A stretch of 64,000 nt of DNA, taken from Candidatus Bathyarchaeia archaeon. Its GTDB lineage: Archaea > Thermoproteota > Bathyarchaeia > Bathyarchaeales > Bathycorpusculaceae. The stretch lies in assembly GCA_038882655.1 (NCBI GenBank), contig JAVZNT010000001.1:64001-128000 (forward strand). The letters run 5' to 3'. The notes below the pieces were generated by a model. It made no database searches and was not told the DNA's origin. It saw only the letters and a program-made list of their open reading frames with translations. Shown here piece after piece: positions 9,453 through 20,176 of the stretch (the stretch's first letter is position 1; each line of letters begins with the position of its first letter). Made by a program: the position numbers and the translations under genes.

Positions 9453-10994
9453 CTAAAAGTGAAAAGCAACGTATTCGTTTTCAGTTTTCACCTTCGATTT
9501 AACTTTTTTCCACAAACATAAAATGAGTAGCGGAACCAAGCAAATGCTGATTGTTGGCATGAGATACGTGTCTATTTCGTTAACAACTGTTAAGATTACT
9601 TCTTCATCTTGCAAAGGCGCAGACTCAACTGTTGATAAATCAAGAAAGCTTGTTTTGGATACGACTTCTCTGCCGTTGAGAAATATTTTTGCGGAATTAT
9701 TTGTAAAGTTGAAGCGGATTCTCTCATCTGCTTTATTGTGAAGTGCAAAAATGTTCCATTCGTATTGTTCGAGCCTTGAAATTTTTGTTAGGAACAATTG
9801 GAAATGTCTTTTCTCTTTGCAAGGCTTCAAGATTGATGTTACATAAAGCCTCGAAACATTAACGCCTTCAAGGCGTATTCTAGAATCCTCCCCCACTTTT
9901 ACTGTTGGCTTTGCCTCCTCAATCAGTTCACCATTAACTTTTAATGGGTAATCAGTTATTTTCGCTAAAAGGAAGTTGGCGGTTACTGTGTTGTCTGCTT
10001 CTGCTCCTACACCGTATTCAACTCTGTTTAAAAATTGTGGATGACTTGAGAAGCTTGTGTAAAAAATATTTGGTAGGGTGAACTGGAAGAACGTCCATTC
10101 AACAGCGCTTCCAAGAAGGTACATTCTCATTTTGTTATCGGCACTGTGGAACATGGAATTTATTGGCTTGTCGTGAAATTTCCAGACGAGGGAAAACTCC
10201 TCACCGTTGTTGGATGAAAAGTCCAGTTTTATGTAGGTCCAAGCAGTGTTGTCAGATGACGGCTCCAATTTCAGCATTAGCATAAGTGTTGTGCTCTCAT
10301 TTACTTTTAGAGGCTTCTCCAACAGGATTTTATTTGCAGACCATCCGTTTAAACCATCGGTGCCGTTTCCGAAAAATTTCATCTCGATTATCTTCTGTCC
10401 AATCGAAGAGTTTCTCAGAGAAAAGTAACTTAAGCCGCCATTTTTTACGCCAAACATGGAGATTTCGCCTATTCCATAAAACGAGAAGGGAGCAGTAAAC
10501 ATCGATTTAGAAAGGTCTAATGTTATTTTGGCTCCTTGTTCCGTATCATTAATTACGAAATATGTAACTAGTCCATCATCGGTGATGCTGTAAGGCGCAT
10601 AATATTTTGAGACTTCTAGTTGTGGACTTGAAGACGGGAGCGAGGCAACTTGGGCGAACTGCAAGACCGCTGCGGCAGAGGAAACTGCCCACACAAACAG
10701 TAGCATAATGCTTAAAACGTCCCTTTTTGAAGGGCGCTTTATCTCAAACGAAATTTGGAACACATCTTTTGCTAGTCGGCAGATTAACCAAACAATTGTA
10801 AGGGCTATAAGTGCATCCCACGCTATACGAGAAGATGCAGATAAATAGTCAAATCCCAACATTTCAAAGAAGGATAGCAGCGCAATGTTTGCTAACAGTT
10901 CCGCAAAGATTTCAACAACTTTTACTAACAGTATCCAAACAATAACTACGTACTGCGTCCTCCTGTCCTTTAGAAGGTTAAACACTCTTCCCAT
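9453..10994 (-). CDS. Hypothetical membrane protein (3 N-terminal TMs, large extracytoplasmic domain, C-terminal TM)
   Basis: 513-aa ORF in the glycosyltransferase operon; several N-x-S/T sequons. Confidence 0.65.
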   Translation of the reverse strand: MGRVFNLLKDRRTQYVVIVWILLVKVVEIFAELLANIALLSFFEMLGFDYLSASSRIAWDALIALTIVWLICRLAKDVFQISFEIKRPSKRDVLSIMLLFVWAVSSAAAVLQFAQVASLPSSSPQLEVSKYYAPYSITDDGLVTYFVINDTEQGAKITLDLSKSMFTAPFSFYGIGEISMFGVKNGGLSYFSLRNSSIGQKIIEMKFFGNGTDGLNGWSANKILLEKPLKVNESTTLMLMLKLEPSSDNTAWTYIKLDFSSNNGEEFSLVWKFHDKPINSMFHSADNKMRMYLLGSAVEWTFFQFTLPNIFYTSFSSHPQFLNRVEYGVGAEADNTVTANFLLAKITDYPLKVNGELIEEAKPTVKVGEDSRIRLEGVNVSRLYVTSILKPCKEKRHFQLFLTKISRLEQYEWNIFALHNKADERIRFNFTNNSAKIFLNGREVVSKTSFLDLSTVESAPLQDEEVILTVVNEIDTYLMPTISICLVPLLILCLWKKVKSKVKTENEYVAFHF

Positions 10995-12319
10995 GGTTAT
11001 TCACCATTTCAGAGAGGATTGTCACCAAAAACAGGTCGAATACCACCGCTATGATGAAGCGTGCCAAATATCTAACGCTTGAGTAGGGTTTTGTAAATGC
11101 CCAGTAGTTGCAGATGTACCATAAATCTGGCTTTACTAAATAGGCGAATGCAAACGGATGCAAATTGATAAAGGCGAAGGCCAAGGCTAAAACCCAGACA
11201 GGCCACCAACCCAAAATTTTCTTCGGCTGCGAGGTTCCCGCTTGAACAACTATTGGAGGGGCTAAGTAGATGACGAATTGTTCTGGAATAAAGGTTCTCG
11301 TCAATAAGAAACCTATAGTTACAAAAATGTATCCCTTCAAAAGTAAGCCTAAATTGTGAGGTTCAGAAGAATCTTTTTGGAGCCTATGGTATAAGAGATA
11401 GCCAACTGTAAGCCCTAAAACCCAAAAATACCGCACCAACGGGAAGGAGAAAACATATTTTAGCGATTCGCTCGAAAAAGTCTTGGGAAACAAATCGCTT
11501 AGCAGCGCACTTAAATTCCAATAGGTTAACACTTCACCAGTTTTTTGGGTCTGGCTAAGGATTGTGATGGCTGCTCTTGAAGTTTCCCAGCCAAAATAAA
11601 TTATCGGAATCATTGTCAAAACGAAAGGGGCAGTCAAGGAGATTAATAGGTAGGTTAATGCTTCTTTGGTGCCTTTCTTATTGTTTAGGTAAAGAAGATG
11701 AATTGGCAAATAGATTATAGGGATAAATTTTATGTAAATGCCCATTCCAAGGCAGAAACCGCTCCAATATATCTTGTCTAGCAGTAATAGTAGCATTGAC
11801 GCCAACGTAAAAGTTAACGATATCGAGTCAAACATTCCCCAGACAGAACTTATGAATATGACAAATGGGCAAAGGAAAAATTTTAGTGCGCTAATTCTGG
11901 CCTTTCGAATATCACCTGTAAAAATCAGAGTCAGCGAATAAATTAGGTTGGTTGAGGCTAAATCTCCAAGAATGGGCGCCAACTTTAGCATAAAATAGTA
12001 AAGGAATGGGGAGAGCGGGAAAAAGTTGTAGATTTTGTATGCGAATGCTGTATATAGTCCCCACGCTGGAAGGTATCCCAGACCTGTTACAGAAGGAAAA
12101 TATTGGTTGACCCAAGCCTTCAGTGTAATAACTTTCCGAGGAGAATGTACCAAAAAGGTTTGAGCCATTAGCCACATGATATCCTACGCGGATAAAAACC
12201 TCAAAATCCCATGGATGTCCAGTCCAAAAACTAAATGCAATCCTAGCTAAGAGTCCTACGAGAATAAGGTTTCTGAACATGCTTGGAGTTTCAACTATTT
12301 TTCGCGGCGTTTTCTTCAC
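10978..12319 (-). pseudogene. GT-C fold membrane glycosyltransferase (GT87/PIG-M-like), split by a 1-nt frameshift at about 12097-12100
   Basis: ORF 11912-12319 holds the N-terminal TM and GHPWDFEVF. ORF 10978-12177 holds GYLPAW, WGMFDSI and the TM core. Removing one T from ATATTTTCCT joins them as ...GQPIFPSVTGLGYLP, collinear with the upstream paralog. Confidence 0.8.
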
Positions 12320-13685
12320 CTTTCGGTAAAACGGAAATTATTCCAACTAAATATATGGCAGCAGCTGCAAATCCAAAAAGCATCAGTGCAGGAAAATATT
12401 CTGGGTATCCTGGAACGAAGTATGGAGAAATGAAGTAGGAAAGGTCTCCGTAATGGGCGAAAATGAACAGCATCGTGGTGAGACTTATTGTCCAGTAAAT
12501 AAACTCCATTTTTGGGCTGTTTTTCACAGCTGCGAGAACCAAAAGGAAGGGTAAAATCCATATTAAATATTGTTCGTTAACAACGGTGTACGTGAGATAA
12601 ATTGCGAAATGAGCCACAGTGATGTAAGAGAAAATTTCAACCATGTCTAGGTTTTTCTTTCGGCTTATTTTAAAGAGTAAGAAAGCGATGGCGACACAAA
12701 TTAGTATCGGCGAGAGTGGGATGTTTGCTTCCACTCTCCATGCTTTGAATGTTTTTTCCAGTGCGTTGAGAGGTGTTAGCCCGAAAAAGATGTTGGAGCC
12801 ATACCAGTTTGGAGATGCTCTCCCCTTAAAAAGCTGCCAGGTAAGCGTGACGGCAGTTTTTAATGGTTCTTGACCGAAAATTAGGGCGAAACAAAAGTTC
12901 GTTAAAAACGTGATTAATAATGTTAAACTTACTGTAACAAGAAGATATTTTGCTGCTTCAGTCTTCTCTCCACTTTTATTATAATGCATGAAGGCGAGTA
13001 TCGGCGCAAACACGATAGGGTACATTTTAAATAGTGCAGCCAAAGCGAGTGATACCGCTGATTTGCCAAGTTTTCCTTCTAAAAAGAGCCAGACAGCCAA
13101 TAGTGTGAAGAGTGTTGGCAATGTGTCAAACATTCCCCAAACAGCTGAAATGAATATAACAAAAGGATTCAAAATCCACATGTAAGCATGCTTTCGGGCT
13201 TTTTCTTTTCCGGAAAGTTTTCCAATTATCTTAAGCAGTAGTAGAGCTATGGCTAAATCTGATAGGATTAGAGGTGTTTTAATTAGCAAGTCTAGTAGTG
13301 GTAAGTTTTCGGGCTTGAAGGAGTGATAGGCTTCACATGGATTTTTGAATGTGTACATGTCGCGCCAAAGTTCGCTGACGTTTGCTGGGAAAGTTGGATG
13401 GGCGACAGAGGCGTAGATGGGGTAGACGGTGAGTAGGCAGAATAGCCATAAGGGTGGGTAGCTCCAGAGGAACGGAGTGGCGTTTTTATCTATCCAGATT
13501 GGCGGGTTCAGCGGGTTGATGTGGTATTGGTAAGCTAATGCCTGATTTAGTCTCCATACATACATGTCATATCTTTGTTCTGTGAGAGGGGCTAGAGAAA
13601 AGCGAATTAAAACTGCGAGGGTTAATATGATGGCTGTTCTTGATTTGAGGAATCTTTTAGCCAAACTTTTCAAGTTCAAAGTCAT
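12291..13685 (-). CDS. GT-C fold membrane glycosyltransferase (GT87/DUF2029-like)
   Basis: First loop EQRYDMYVW, SYPPLW, LNPFVIFISAVWGMFD, KMYP, NEQY; many TMs. Confidence 0.8.
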   Translation of the reverse strand: MTLNLKSLAKRFLKSRTAIILTLAVLIRFSLAPLTEQRYDMYVWRLNQALAYQYHINPLNPPIWIDKNATPFLWSYPPLWLFCLLTVYPIYASVAHPTFPANVSELWRDMYTFKNPCEAYHSFKPENLPLLDLLIKTPLILSDLAIALLLLKIIGKLSGKEKARKHAYMWILNPFVIFISAVWGMFDTLPTLFTLLAVWLFLEGKLGKSAVSLALAALFKMYPIVFAPILAFMHYNKSGEKTEAAKYLLVTVSLTLLITFLTNFCFALIFGQEPLKTAVTLTWQLFKGRASPNWYGSNIFFGLTPLNALEKTFKAWRVEANIPLSPILICVAIAFLLFKISRKKNLDMVEIFSYITVAHFAIYLTYTVVNEQYLIWILPFLLVLAAVKNSPKMEFIYWTISLTTMLFIFAHYGDLSYFISPYFVPGYPEYFPALMLFGFAAAAIYLVGIISVLPKGEENAAKNS

Positions 13686-13751
13686 ACACTTGTTCGATTT
13701 TTGAGATTCAATTTTTATTTGCCAAGAGCCACCCCTTTATATGATTAATGT

Positions 13752-14921
13752 ATGAAATTGAATATTGCCTACCTACTGCTCCACGACCAAAAATTCAGCG
13801 GTTGGCATCTAAACGACTTTGTTTTTCAACGCTACCATTTTGCTAAAGATTATGCCGAAAAAGTTGGCAAAAGAGGTCACAATGTTGTTCTTTTCACCTT
13901 TCACCAAGACTTGAGAGAGGTTAAAGAGTTTCATCTGAACAATTATGGGCTTAAGGTTGTCCCGGTTAAATTTAAGTTTCCACCAATGGTTTCAATAGGT
14001 AATTCTCACAACCTCGAAATAATAAAAGAACTTGTAGAGGGTGACTTTGAAATAGTTCATTTTCACAACTATTACCTTTGGTCCTTTGCCCCCATGCTTT
14101 TTGCTAAACACCGCCATTGTGGATGGAAGCTCGTAGCCCAATATCACGGGGAGCCTGAACTTCAGACAGTAGGAAAGTTCGTTCATAGACCATTTTTTGG
14201 TGTTGTTGACAAGTTTCTCGTGGCATTAGACGAGGAGATTTACTGGCTGAAAAGGTTGCACATTGACAGCGGCAAGCTTTTAAAGTTTCCAAACGTTGGA
14301 GTTGATACTTCCCAGTTCCGCAGAGTTGGCGAGAAAGAGGATGTTCCGCACTTCATTTATGCTGGGAGGATGACTCTTAGGCCCAGAACTTTGAAGGAGC
14401 AGAACCCTTGGCTTATCTTAGAGGTTGCTCAACAGCTTAAGAAAAAGTACGGAGGCAACTTTAAAGTTCTCATGGTTGGAGATGGACCAGGACTTACTGC
14501 ACTGAAACAGCTGTCTAAAAATTTGGGTCTCGAAGAGAATGTTGAATTTCTCGGCTTTGTTCCCCATCATTTGCTGCCAGACCTCTATTCAAAGTGCATC
14601 TTAGCATTCGCTCCAACATCCATGTTGGATTTAAGCCCCTTCTGGGGTGGCGCCTTAAAAGAAGCTTTGGCATGTGAAACGGCTGTGGCAAGCTTTAACG
14701 CTTACATCAAGAGTTGTTGGGAGGCTAGAAGGCGTTTCGGCTTGCTCCTGCCGACGAACACTGACAAGGCTGCAGAATTTTTATGCTCATCTCTGAGAAA
14801 TTGGGATTTCTTGGTTGAAGCTGGCGTGTTTGGTAGAAAGTTTGTAGAGAAATATTGTTCTTGGGAAAGAGTTGTTGAGAGGCTCCTTGAAATCTATAAG
14901 GATTTGTTGTTGGGGCATTAA
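13752..14921 (+). CDS. Glycosyltransferase family 4 (GT-B)
   Basis: GVDTSQF, YAGRM, VGDGPG, VEFLGFVP, EALAC, SWERVVERL. Confidence 0.9.
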   Translation: MKLNIAYLLLHDQKFSGWHLNDFVFQRYHFAKDYAEKVGKRGHNVVLFTFHQDLREVKEFHLNNYGLKVVPVKFKFPPMVSIGNSHNLEIIKELVEGDFEIVHFHNYYLWSFAPMLFAKHRHCGWKLVAQYHGEPELQTVGKFVHRPFFGVVDKFLVALDEEIYWLKRLHIDSGKLLKFPNVGVDTSQFRRVGEKEDVPHFIYAGRMTLRPRTLKEQNPWLILEVAQQLKKKYGGNFKVLMVGDGPGLTALKQLSKNLGLEENVEFLGFVPHHLLPDLYSKCILAFAPTSMLDLSPFWGGALKEALACETAVASFNAYIKSCWEARRRFGLLLPTNTDKAAEFLCSSLRNWDFLVEAGVFGRKFVEKYCSWERVVERLLEIYKDLLLGH

Positions 14922-15010
14922 AGTGGGACCTTAAGATTTTAAAATTTAGTTGGCTGGTTTTTAGGAGGTTTTTCAGAAAAAACCAGGGTAAAGAAAAGGG
15001 GAGATGTGTT

Positions 15011-18000
15011 TTATGGGTCTGGGTGGATTCCGCCTTTAACAAACTCCACTGTTATTTCACTTATTGTCCCTAGAACTTCTGGTATTGTGAATGTTGGATG
15101 TTCCGGATCTGTGTAGTCTATCTCTATTATTATTGATGTTGCGCACAACGGGAAGCGCTGCAGTTCATAAATTATTTCGTTATGTAGAAACTGTGAGGCG
15201 TAGAAGGTGTCTCTAGCGCTAATTCCCCAGACTAGGAAGCCAACTGTTCCGTTTATGTCTCTGTATGTGGCGATGACCGCATAGCCAACGCCTGCGCTGC
15301 CGCTGTACGTATCTTTGCTCCAGCATGACAGTGCTATTATTTTGCTAACCCATGGTGCGTATGGGGTGAAGGGCGCCTCTGTTGTGTTTAGGCCGTAGAA
15401 GGCATCTGTGAAATCGTTATAGTATTCGGATATGTGGTTTGCTAGTGGGCCGCCAACTCCAATTATGTTGGAGCTAGCTATTGGCCATGTGTGGCACCAG
15501 TCGTCTCTTAGGGCTATTCTGTAGATGGTGTCCTTATAGTTGGGCGGCCATCCTGTTCCTGTTCCGCTAAACTTGTGTAGGAGATATGGTATGCTTATTG
15601 AGGCGTATTCCTGGAACATCATGTCGAAACCTGCATTTCCAATTTCGATTTGTTTATTCTTGAAGGCTGCTGAAACTAGGGAGGCACCTATCGAGTCTGC
15701 TGAGTGGGCGTCTCTTCCAACAGTTATCCATTCGTAGCGACCTGGGATGTATTCGCGGTATATTAGTCCGTCGCCACGATAAGGTTCGATTTCGATGGTT
15801 ATGTATGTTGTATAGTTTCCAGTTACGGTGTTGTAGACTGTTGTGAAGTTGTAGGCTATAATAACGTCTAAGTATTCTACGTGGAGGTCTTCGTGGTCCG
15901 GTCCTACTATGCGCCAGTTTACGTCAAGGTCATAGGGGTCAATTTCAGTCGTGTTTCCATTAACCGTCACATTCGCTGACGGTAGTGCCAAATTCCAGAC
16001 TGCAAGCCATGTTATGTCTTCTTTGAAGACTTTGAAGTCGTAGGCGAACGGGTTAAATTCGCCTGTTAAGCTGAAAGTGTAGTTGCCTGTAGTGTCAATG
16101 TTAGTTATGTTCAATTTACCCATTGCCGAAACCGTGTGGGCGGCACCTAACCGATCAGTAAACCCTACACTTGCACTCCAGCTTATATAGACCAAATTGT
16201 TAGCTGGCTTGTCTTCACTTTGGACTGCTAAAGATATTGGATTTGCTGTTACATTGTAGGCGAATTCTGTTTCTGTTGAATAAAGTATTTTGATCATTGT
16301 TCCTGGCAGCGGAACCTTTGATGCTGGGATCCATATGCGGCCAACCCCCGTAGTAGCGTTGACGTAGAGTTCGTAGTCGTAGGGTGTGACAACTGCTCTC
16401 AATGGTATTTTTAGTTTTCCTCCCCATAGGACCCTTTCACTGAAGGCATGATAATCTTCCCATACTGGCTCGAAGAGAACAGGCGTGTGGTCAAGATAAA
16501 TGTATAACGGAATGCCAAACTCCACCGCTAGGTAATAGTCTAATTCTGTGACATTGTAGAATTGTACCCATCTTTTAGTGTCCTTTTCAACTGCATCGCG
16601 GAGGTCCCACGGGTTGAAAACCTCCTCAAGCTGGTATCTAACTTCGATGTCAAGTGCTGCCCTTGGACCGCCAGTCATTTGTGGGTCTTTTGCATCATGA
16701 TAATCTGTTAAGCCAACCACTTCGACTCCTCTGAACTGGACTGGGTATTCTTTTCCTAACGTGAAGTCCCATTCACCAACAACGAAGGGTATGTCCGGCT
16801 CGCTGGCTGCCGGCACCATGTCTTCGTCATCAACCCATATTAAGGGTTGAAGTGATTTGTCCCATGCATCAACGCTGTAGTCAGAAAGAGTCGGCCAGAA
16901 AGCTTTCCAGCCCACATATTTTAGGTCGCTACTAATTATCTGGGCAACATCATAATAGTGAGGAACACCTGTTAAACGTTCCTCTAGCTCATATTTCCAT
17001 AGTTTGTATACAACTGTGATCCAGTCGTTTCCGTCTATAGGTATAAGCCAAGTAATATCACCCGTGGTATAGTTGATGTTGTAGTGGGTTCCCTCTTCCT
17101 TAAAGGTGCCATTCACATAAACCCGAACAGAACCCCTAACTATTGGACCGCCATAACCATCCTTAGTCACTGGAACTTGCCGTAAGTTATAGCCTTCTTG
17201 TATCCATTCTCGCATTATGCCGGGTGCAAGGTGCCATTCAGGACCGTAGCACGTTGTAAGTTGCTGGTGGAAGAAGTGGGCGTAGCTTCCATAGCTTGGC
17301 GGCGGACCAAGGTCCCACTCCTCCCGATTGCTGAATTGTATGTCAAGTGGAGAGTCAAGCTCCTTGCCAGAAATCACCTGCTTAATATCCTTGAAGATTA
17401 TAACATGCTTCTTAACCTTCTCAAAAATGAAGGTCAATACAACATCAACAATTGGCCATGTTTCATCCGGGTGATCAACAACTCCGTCTTGGTCGCTGTC
17501 AAACCAATCGTAGAGATGGGTTACTGAAAGGGCTACATAACGCCTAGGCCCATTATACAGCACTGTTAATGGCTCTGTGTAGGCGTAGCCCGTTGTCTTC
17601 CTACCACCATGAGGCGCCAAGTTAAACGGATATGGGTGACCAACCAGCCAGTCTCCCCCGTAAGCGGCCATATCGGCGAACATTGCCATTGCAAGAACAT
17701 GCCTGTCTCTATAAGTTCTATGGGTGTATCTTATGTCAATGAGCCAACCGTTCAGCCAGAGCTTAGGGTCAATGTACTCGTTGGCGAAGGGGTCCCTAGA
17801 CGTCCCAGCTTTCTGGTCGTACGTTCCAACACTGTCATAGCCTGGATATTGTAGACCAACACCCACGCCTGTTGTAACCGGGTAGTTTATCATTTCGCCG
17901 AACTTTGAAAGCCCAAAGTCTATGCTTTTTGTTGTGAATGGATAAAGCGAATAGTAGTCGCTTGTCAAGACGCCATTTACTTTTGTGTACCAGTTTGTTG

Positions 18001-18106
18001 GGTCTGCTGCTGTTACTGTAACGAAAAGCATCGGCGTAAAGGCTGCTGTCGCGATTATTATGGTTGCTAATAATGCAAATAGCTTTTTCCTTTTTTCCAT
18101 TTTCAT
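15011..18106 (-). CDS. Large secreted protein, probable S-layer (glyco)protein
   Basis: Sec signal peptide; 1031 aa; many N-glycosylation sequons; C-terminal IIGVGGPLAN resembles the S-layer C-domain motif; adjacent to a glycosylation cluster. Confidence 0.6.
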   Translation of the reverse strand: MKMEKRKKLFALLATIIIATAAFTPMLFVTVTAADPTNWYTKVNGVLTSDYYSLYPFTTKSIDFGLSKFGEMINYPVTTGVGVGLQYPGYDSVGTYDQKAGTSRDPFANEYIDPKLWLNGWLIDIRYTHRTYRDRHVLAMAMFADMAAYGGDWLVGHPYPFNLAPHGGRKTTGYAYTEPLTVLYNGPRRYVALSVTHLYDWFDSDQDGVVDHPDETWPIVDVVLTFIFEKVKKHVIIFKDIKQVISGKELDSPLDIQFSNREEWDLGPPPSYGSYAHFFHQQLTTCYGPEWHLAPGIMREWIQEGYNLRQVPVTKDGYGGPIVRGSVRVYVNGTFKEEGTHYNINYTTGDITWLIPIDGNDWITVVYKLWKYELEERLTGVPHYYDVAQIISSDLKYVGWKAFWPTLSDYSVDAWDKSLQPLIWVDDEDMVPAASEPDIPFVVGEWDFTLGKEYPVQFRGVEVVGLTDYHDAKDPQMTGGPRAALDIEVRYQLEEVFNPWDLRDAVEKDTKRWVQFYNVTELDYYLAVEFGIPLYIYLDHTPVLFEPVWEDYHAFSERVLWGGKLKIPLRAVVTPYDYELYVNATTGVGRIWIPASKVPLPGTMIKILYSTETEFAYNVTANPISLAVQSEDKPANNLVYISWSASVGFTDRLGAAHTVSAMGKLNITNIDTTGNYTFSLTGEFNPFAYDFKVFKEDITWLAVWNLALPSANVTVNGNTTEIDPYDLDVNWRIVGPDHEDLHVEYLDVIIAYNFTTVYNTVTGNYTTYITIEIEPYRGDGLIYREYIPGRYEWITVGRDAHSADSIGASLVSAAFKNKQIEIGNAGFDMMFQEYASISIPYLLHKFSGTGTGWPPNYKDTIYRIALRDDWCHTWPIASSNIIGVGGPLANHISEYYNDFTDAFYGLNTTEAPFTPYAPWVSKIIALSCWSKDTYSGSAGVGYAVIATYRDINGTVGFLVWGISARDTFYASQFLHNEIIYELQRFPLCATSIIIEIDYTDPEHPTFTIPEVLGTISEITVEFVKGGIHPDP

Positions 18107-18233
18107 TCCTCTTTTGAGTCACGTATGGGATGGTGGACACGTTTATTAAAAATTTTTTAGAGGTTCTGACTCAGAATTAGAACAAAAACAAAGAAACACA
18201 TCAGAATAAAAATATAATTCAACATTCCAACGT

Positions 18234-18458
18234 TTATTTTCTAAAAAATTTCAAATGTTTAGGCTGTTCTTTCTTTTCGCCAATGGCAAAAACTTCCAAA
18301 AGTTCGAAGCTTGTCCCACAACCTTTACATTGGACGTAAGCGTGGTTGCGTCTTATCCCAAGCCAAAAACCTTCCCTAGAATTACATTTTGGGCACACAT
18401 TGAACTTGCTTGCCGTAGCCAACATTTCATCTAATTTCAAAGCTTCTCCAATCTCCAA
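18234..18458 (-). CDS. Small zinc-ribbon protein
   Basis: CPKC...CKGCG. Confidence 0.65.
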   Translation of the reverse strand: MEIGEALKLDEMLATASKFNVCPKCNSREGFWLGIRRNHAYVQCKGCGTSFELLEVFAIGEKKEQPKHLKFFRK

Positions 18459-18574
18459 AATAAATTATGCGCCATGAAATTTATGAATTACTGTTTGAAC
18501 AGAAATATTCCTCTGCAGACACGACTGCCACCAAGTTTATTAGATGAAACGAATTTTCAAAAGACTGTTCAAAA

Positions 18575-19213
18575 ATGATAATCCAAATGTTCACCGTTGG
18601 CAAGCTTTTCACAAACTGCTACATTGTAGCATGCCAAGAAACAAGAGAAGCCATAATCATCGACCCCGGATTTGATAGCACCTTTGAAGCAGAAAAAATT
18701 TTCAAGTCTATCGGAGAAAACGCTTTAAACCTAAAATATATCGTGAACACCCACGGCCATCCAGACCACGTCTGCGGAAACGGGATAGTTAAAAAGAAGT
18801 TTCAGACGCCAATTTTGGTTCACGAAAAGGATGCCTTTATGCTTGGAACCTTTGGCAGAGTAATCGCAAAATTTTTCGGCTTCAACAGTTCCTCACCATC
18901 CGCAGACACCCTCCTAAAAGACAGAGATTATGTAAAATTTGGCAAAATAACTCTCAAAGTTATGCATACCCCGGGCCACAGTCCGGGAAGCATATCCCTA
19001 ATAGGCAAAAATGAAGTTTTCACTGGTGACACCCTATTTGCTGGTTCCATTGGAAGGACAGACCTTCCACAAAGTTCAGAATCAGACATGAAAGAATCAC
19101 TAAAGAAGCTAGCAAACTTGCCAGACAGTTTTAAGGTTTACCCCGGCCACGGTCCAATAACAACGATTGGAGAAGAGAAACAGAGTAATCCATTCCTCAT
19201 CGTGGAGCGGTGA
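18575..19213 (+). CDS. MBL-fold metallo-hydrolase (glyoxalase II/YcbL-like)
   Basis: THGHPDH, HTPGHSPG, GDTLF, PGHG. Confidence 0.93.
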   Translation: MIIQMFTVGKLFTNCYIVACQETREAIIIDPGFDSTFEAEKIFKSIGENALNLKYIVNTHGHPDHVCGNGIVKKKFQTPILVHEKDAFMLGTFGRVIAKFFGFNSSSPSADTLLKDRDYVKFGKITLKVMHTPGHSPGSISLIGKNEVFTGDTLFAGSIGRTDLPQSSESDMKESLKKLANLPDSFKVYPGHGPITTIGEEKQSNPFLIVER

Positions 19214-19223
19214 CAAGAAGCGT

Positions 19224-19997
19224 TTAAAGAGCCTCTCTAAATAAATCCTCGTCTTTTTCAATTTTCAGCTCTTTTGCGCTTGATTTTTCACTGAATTCTA
19301 CAATGCCCTTTAAGCCTTTTAAGATCACCACTGGCATGGCTTCCTCGGCTTGCCCCATAAGGAGTTCCGCTGCGGCGGCGATTTCATCGACAACAGCTAC
19401 GTTCTTAACCTTCAATACATATCCATAAAGATCCCTTTTACCCCTATAATCCTTGAAGGGTTTGATTCCAGCCAATCCTATAGCAAAGTTTACTTGCCCG
19501 CGTCTAAAAGGTCGGCTATAGGTGTCGCATATTATTATTGCCACATCCTTCCCTGTCAGCCTCCGTATTTCTTTTCGGCATTTTTCTGCTGAAGCGTCTG
19601 GGTCTTCTGGCAGAAGTGTAAAGTTGCTTTCTCCTTTAATGTTTGACTTGTCTATTCCAGCATTTATGCAAACTAAGCCTCGAACATCCTCCACCAGCAA
19701 AATTTCACTGGAGGCTTTTATGACCTCCTTTGTTTCCCTTAAAACAAGCTCCACAAACTTTGAGCTTTTCCCTGTTTTTCTGGCAATTTCTTTAGCCTCT
19801 TCGGATGGGACGACCTCTTTAAGGTTGACAATTCTTCCTTCAGCCTTTGAAAAAATTTTCTGGGCAATAACAATTATGTCTCCGTCTTCGATTTTTAAGC
19901 CGTTTTTCACCGCAGTTTCAACAATTATTTGTGCTACGTTATCTCCGGGATTTATGAAAGGAAAGCCTTCGAGGGCTGTAGCTTTAAACTCTTTCAA
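19224..19997 (-). CDS. cofE: Coenzyme F420-0:L-glutamate ligase (paralog 1)
   Basis: KIFSKAEGR, NAGIDKSN, LLPEDPDASA, DTYSRPFRRG, DEIAAAAELLMGQ. Confidence 0.92.
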   Translation of the reverse strand: MKEFKATALEGFPFINPGDNVAQIIVETAVKNGLKIEDGDIIVIAQKIFSKAEGRIVNLKEVVPSEEAKEIARKTGKSSKFVELVLRETKEVIKASSEILLVEDVRGLVCINAGIDKSNIKGESNFTLLPEDPDASAEKCRKEIRRLTGKDVAIIICDTYSRPFRRGQVNFAIGLAGIKPFKDYRGKRDLYGYVLKVKNVAVVDEIAAAAELLMGQAEEAMPVVILKGLKGIVEFSEKSSAKELKIEKDEDLFREAL

Positions 19998-20176
19998 GGT
20001 TTAACGCCAGCTTTATGTTTTCTAGATGATGTGCTTTCTCTATGTTAAAACTATTGCTTCTTGCCGCATCAAAAACAGACTTCAACGATGTATTTCCAAG
20101 TTTTATTTTGAATTCATAATGCTTAAGCAAGCCTTGGCGAAAGGATAGTTTAACCACAATATATGGATGCAGCCAT

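Noticed and set aside
19522-20004. 160-aa plus-strand ORF, and similar antisense ORFs such as 55081-55605, 55316-55783, 50714-51106 and 33956-34342
   Set aside because: They overlap well-supported genes on the opposite strand and have no recognisable motifs.
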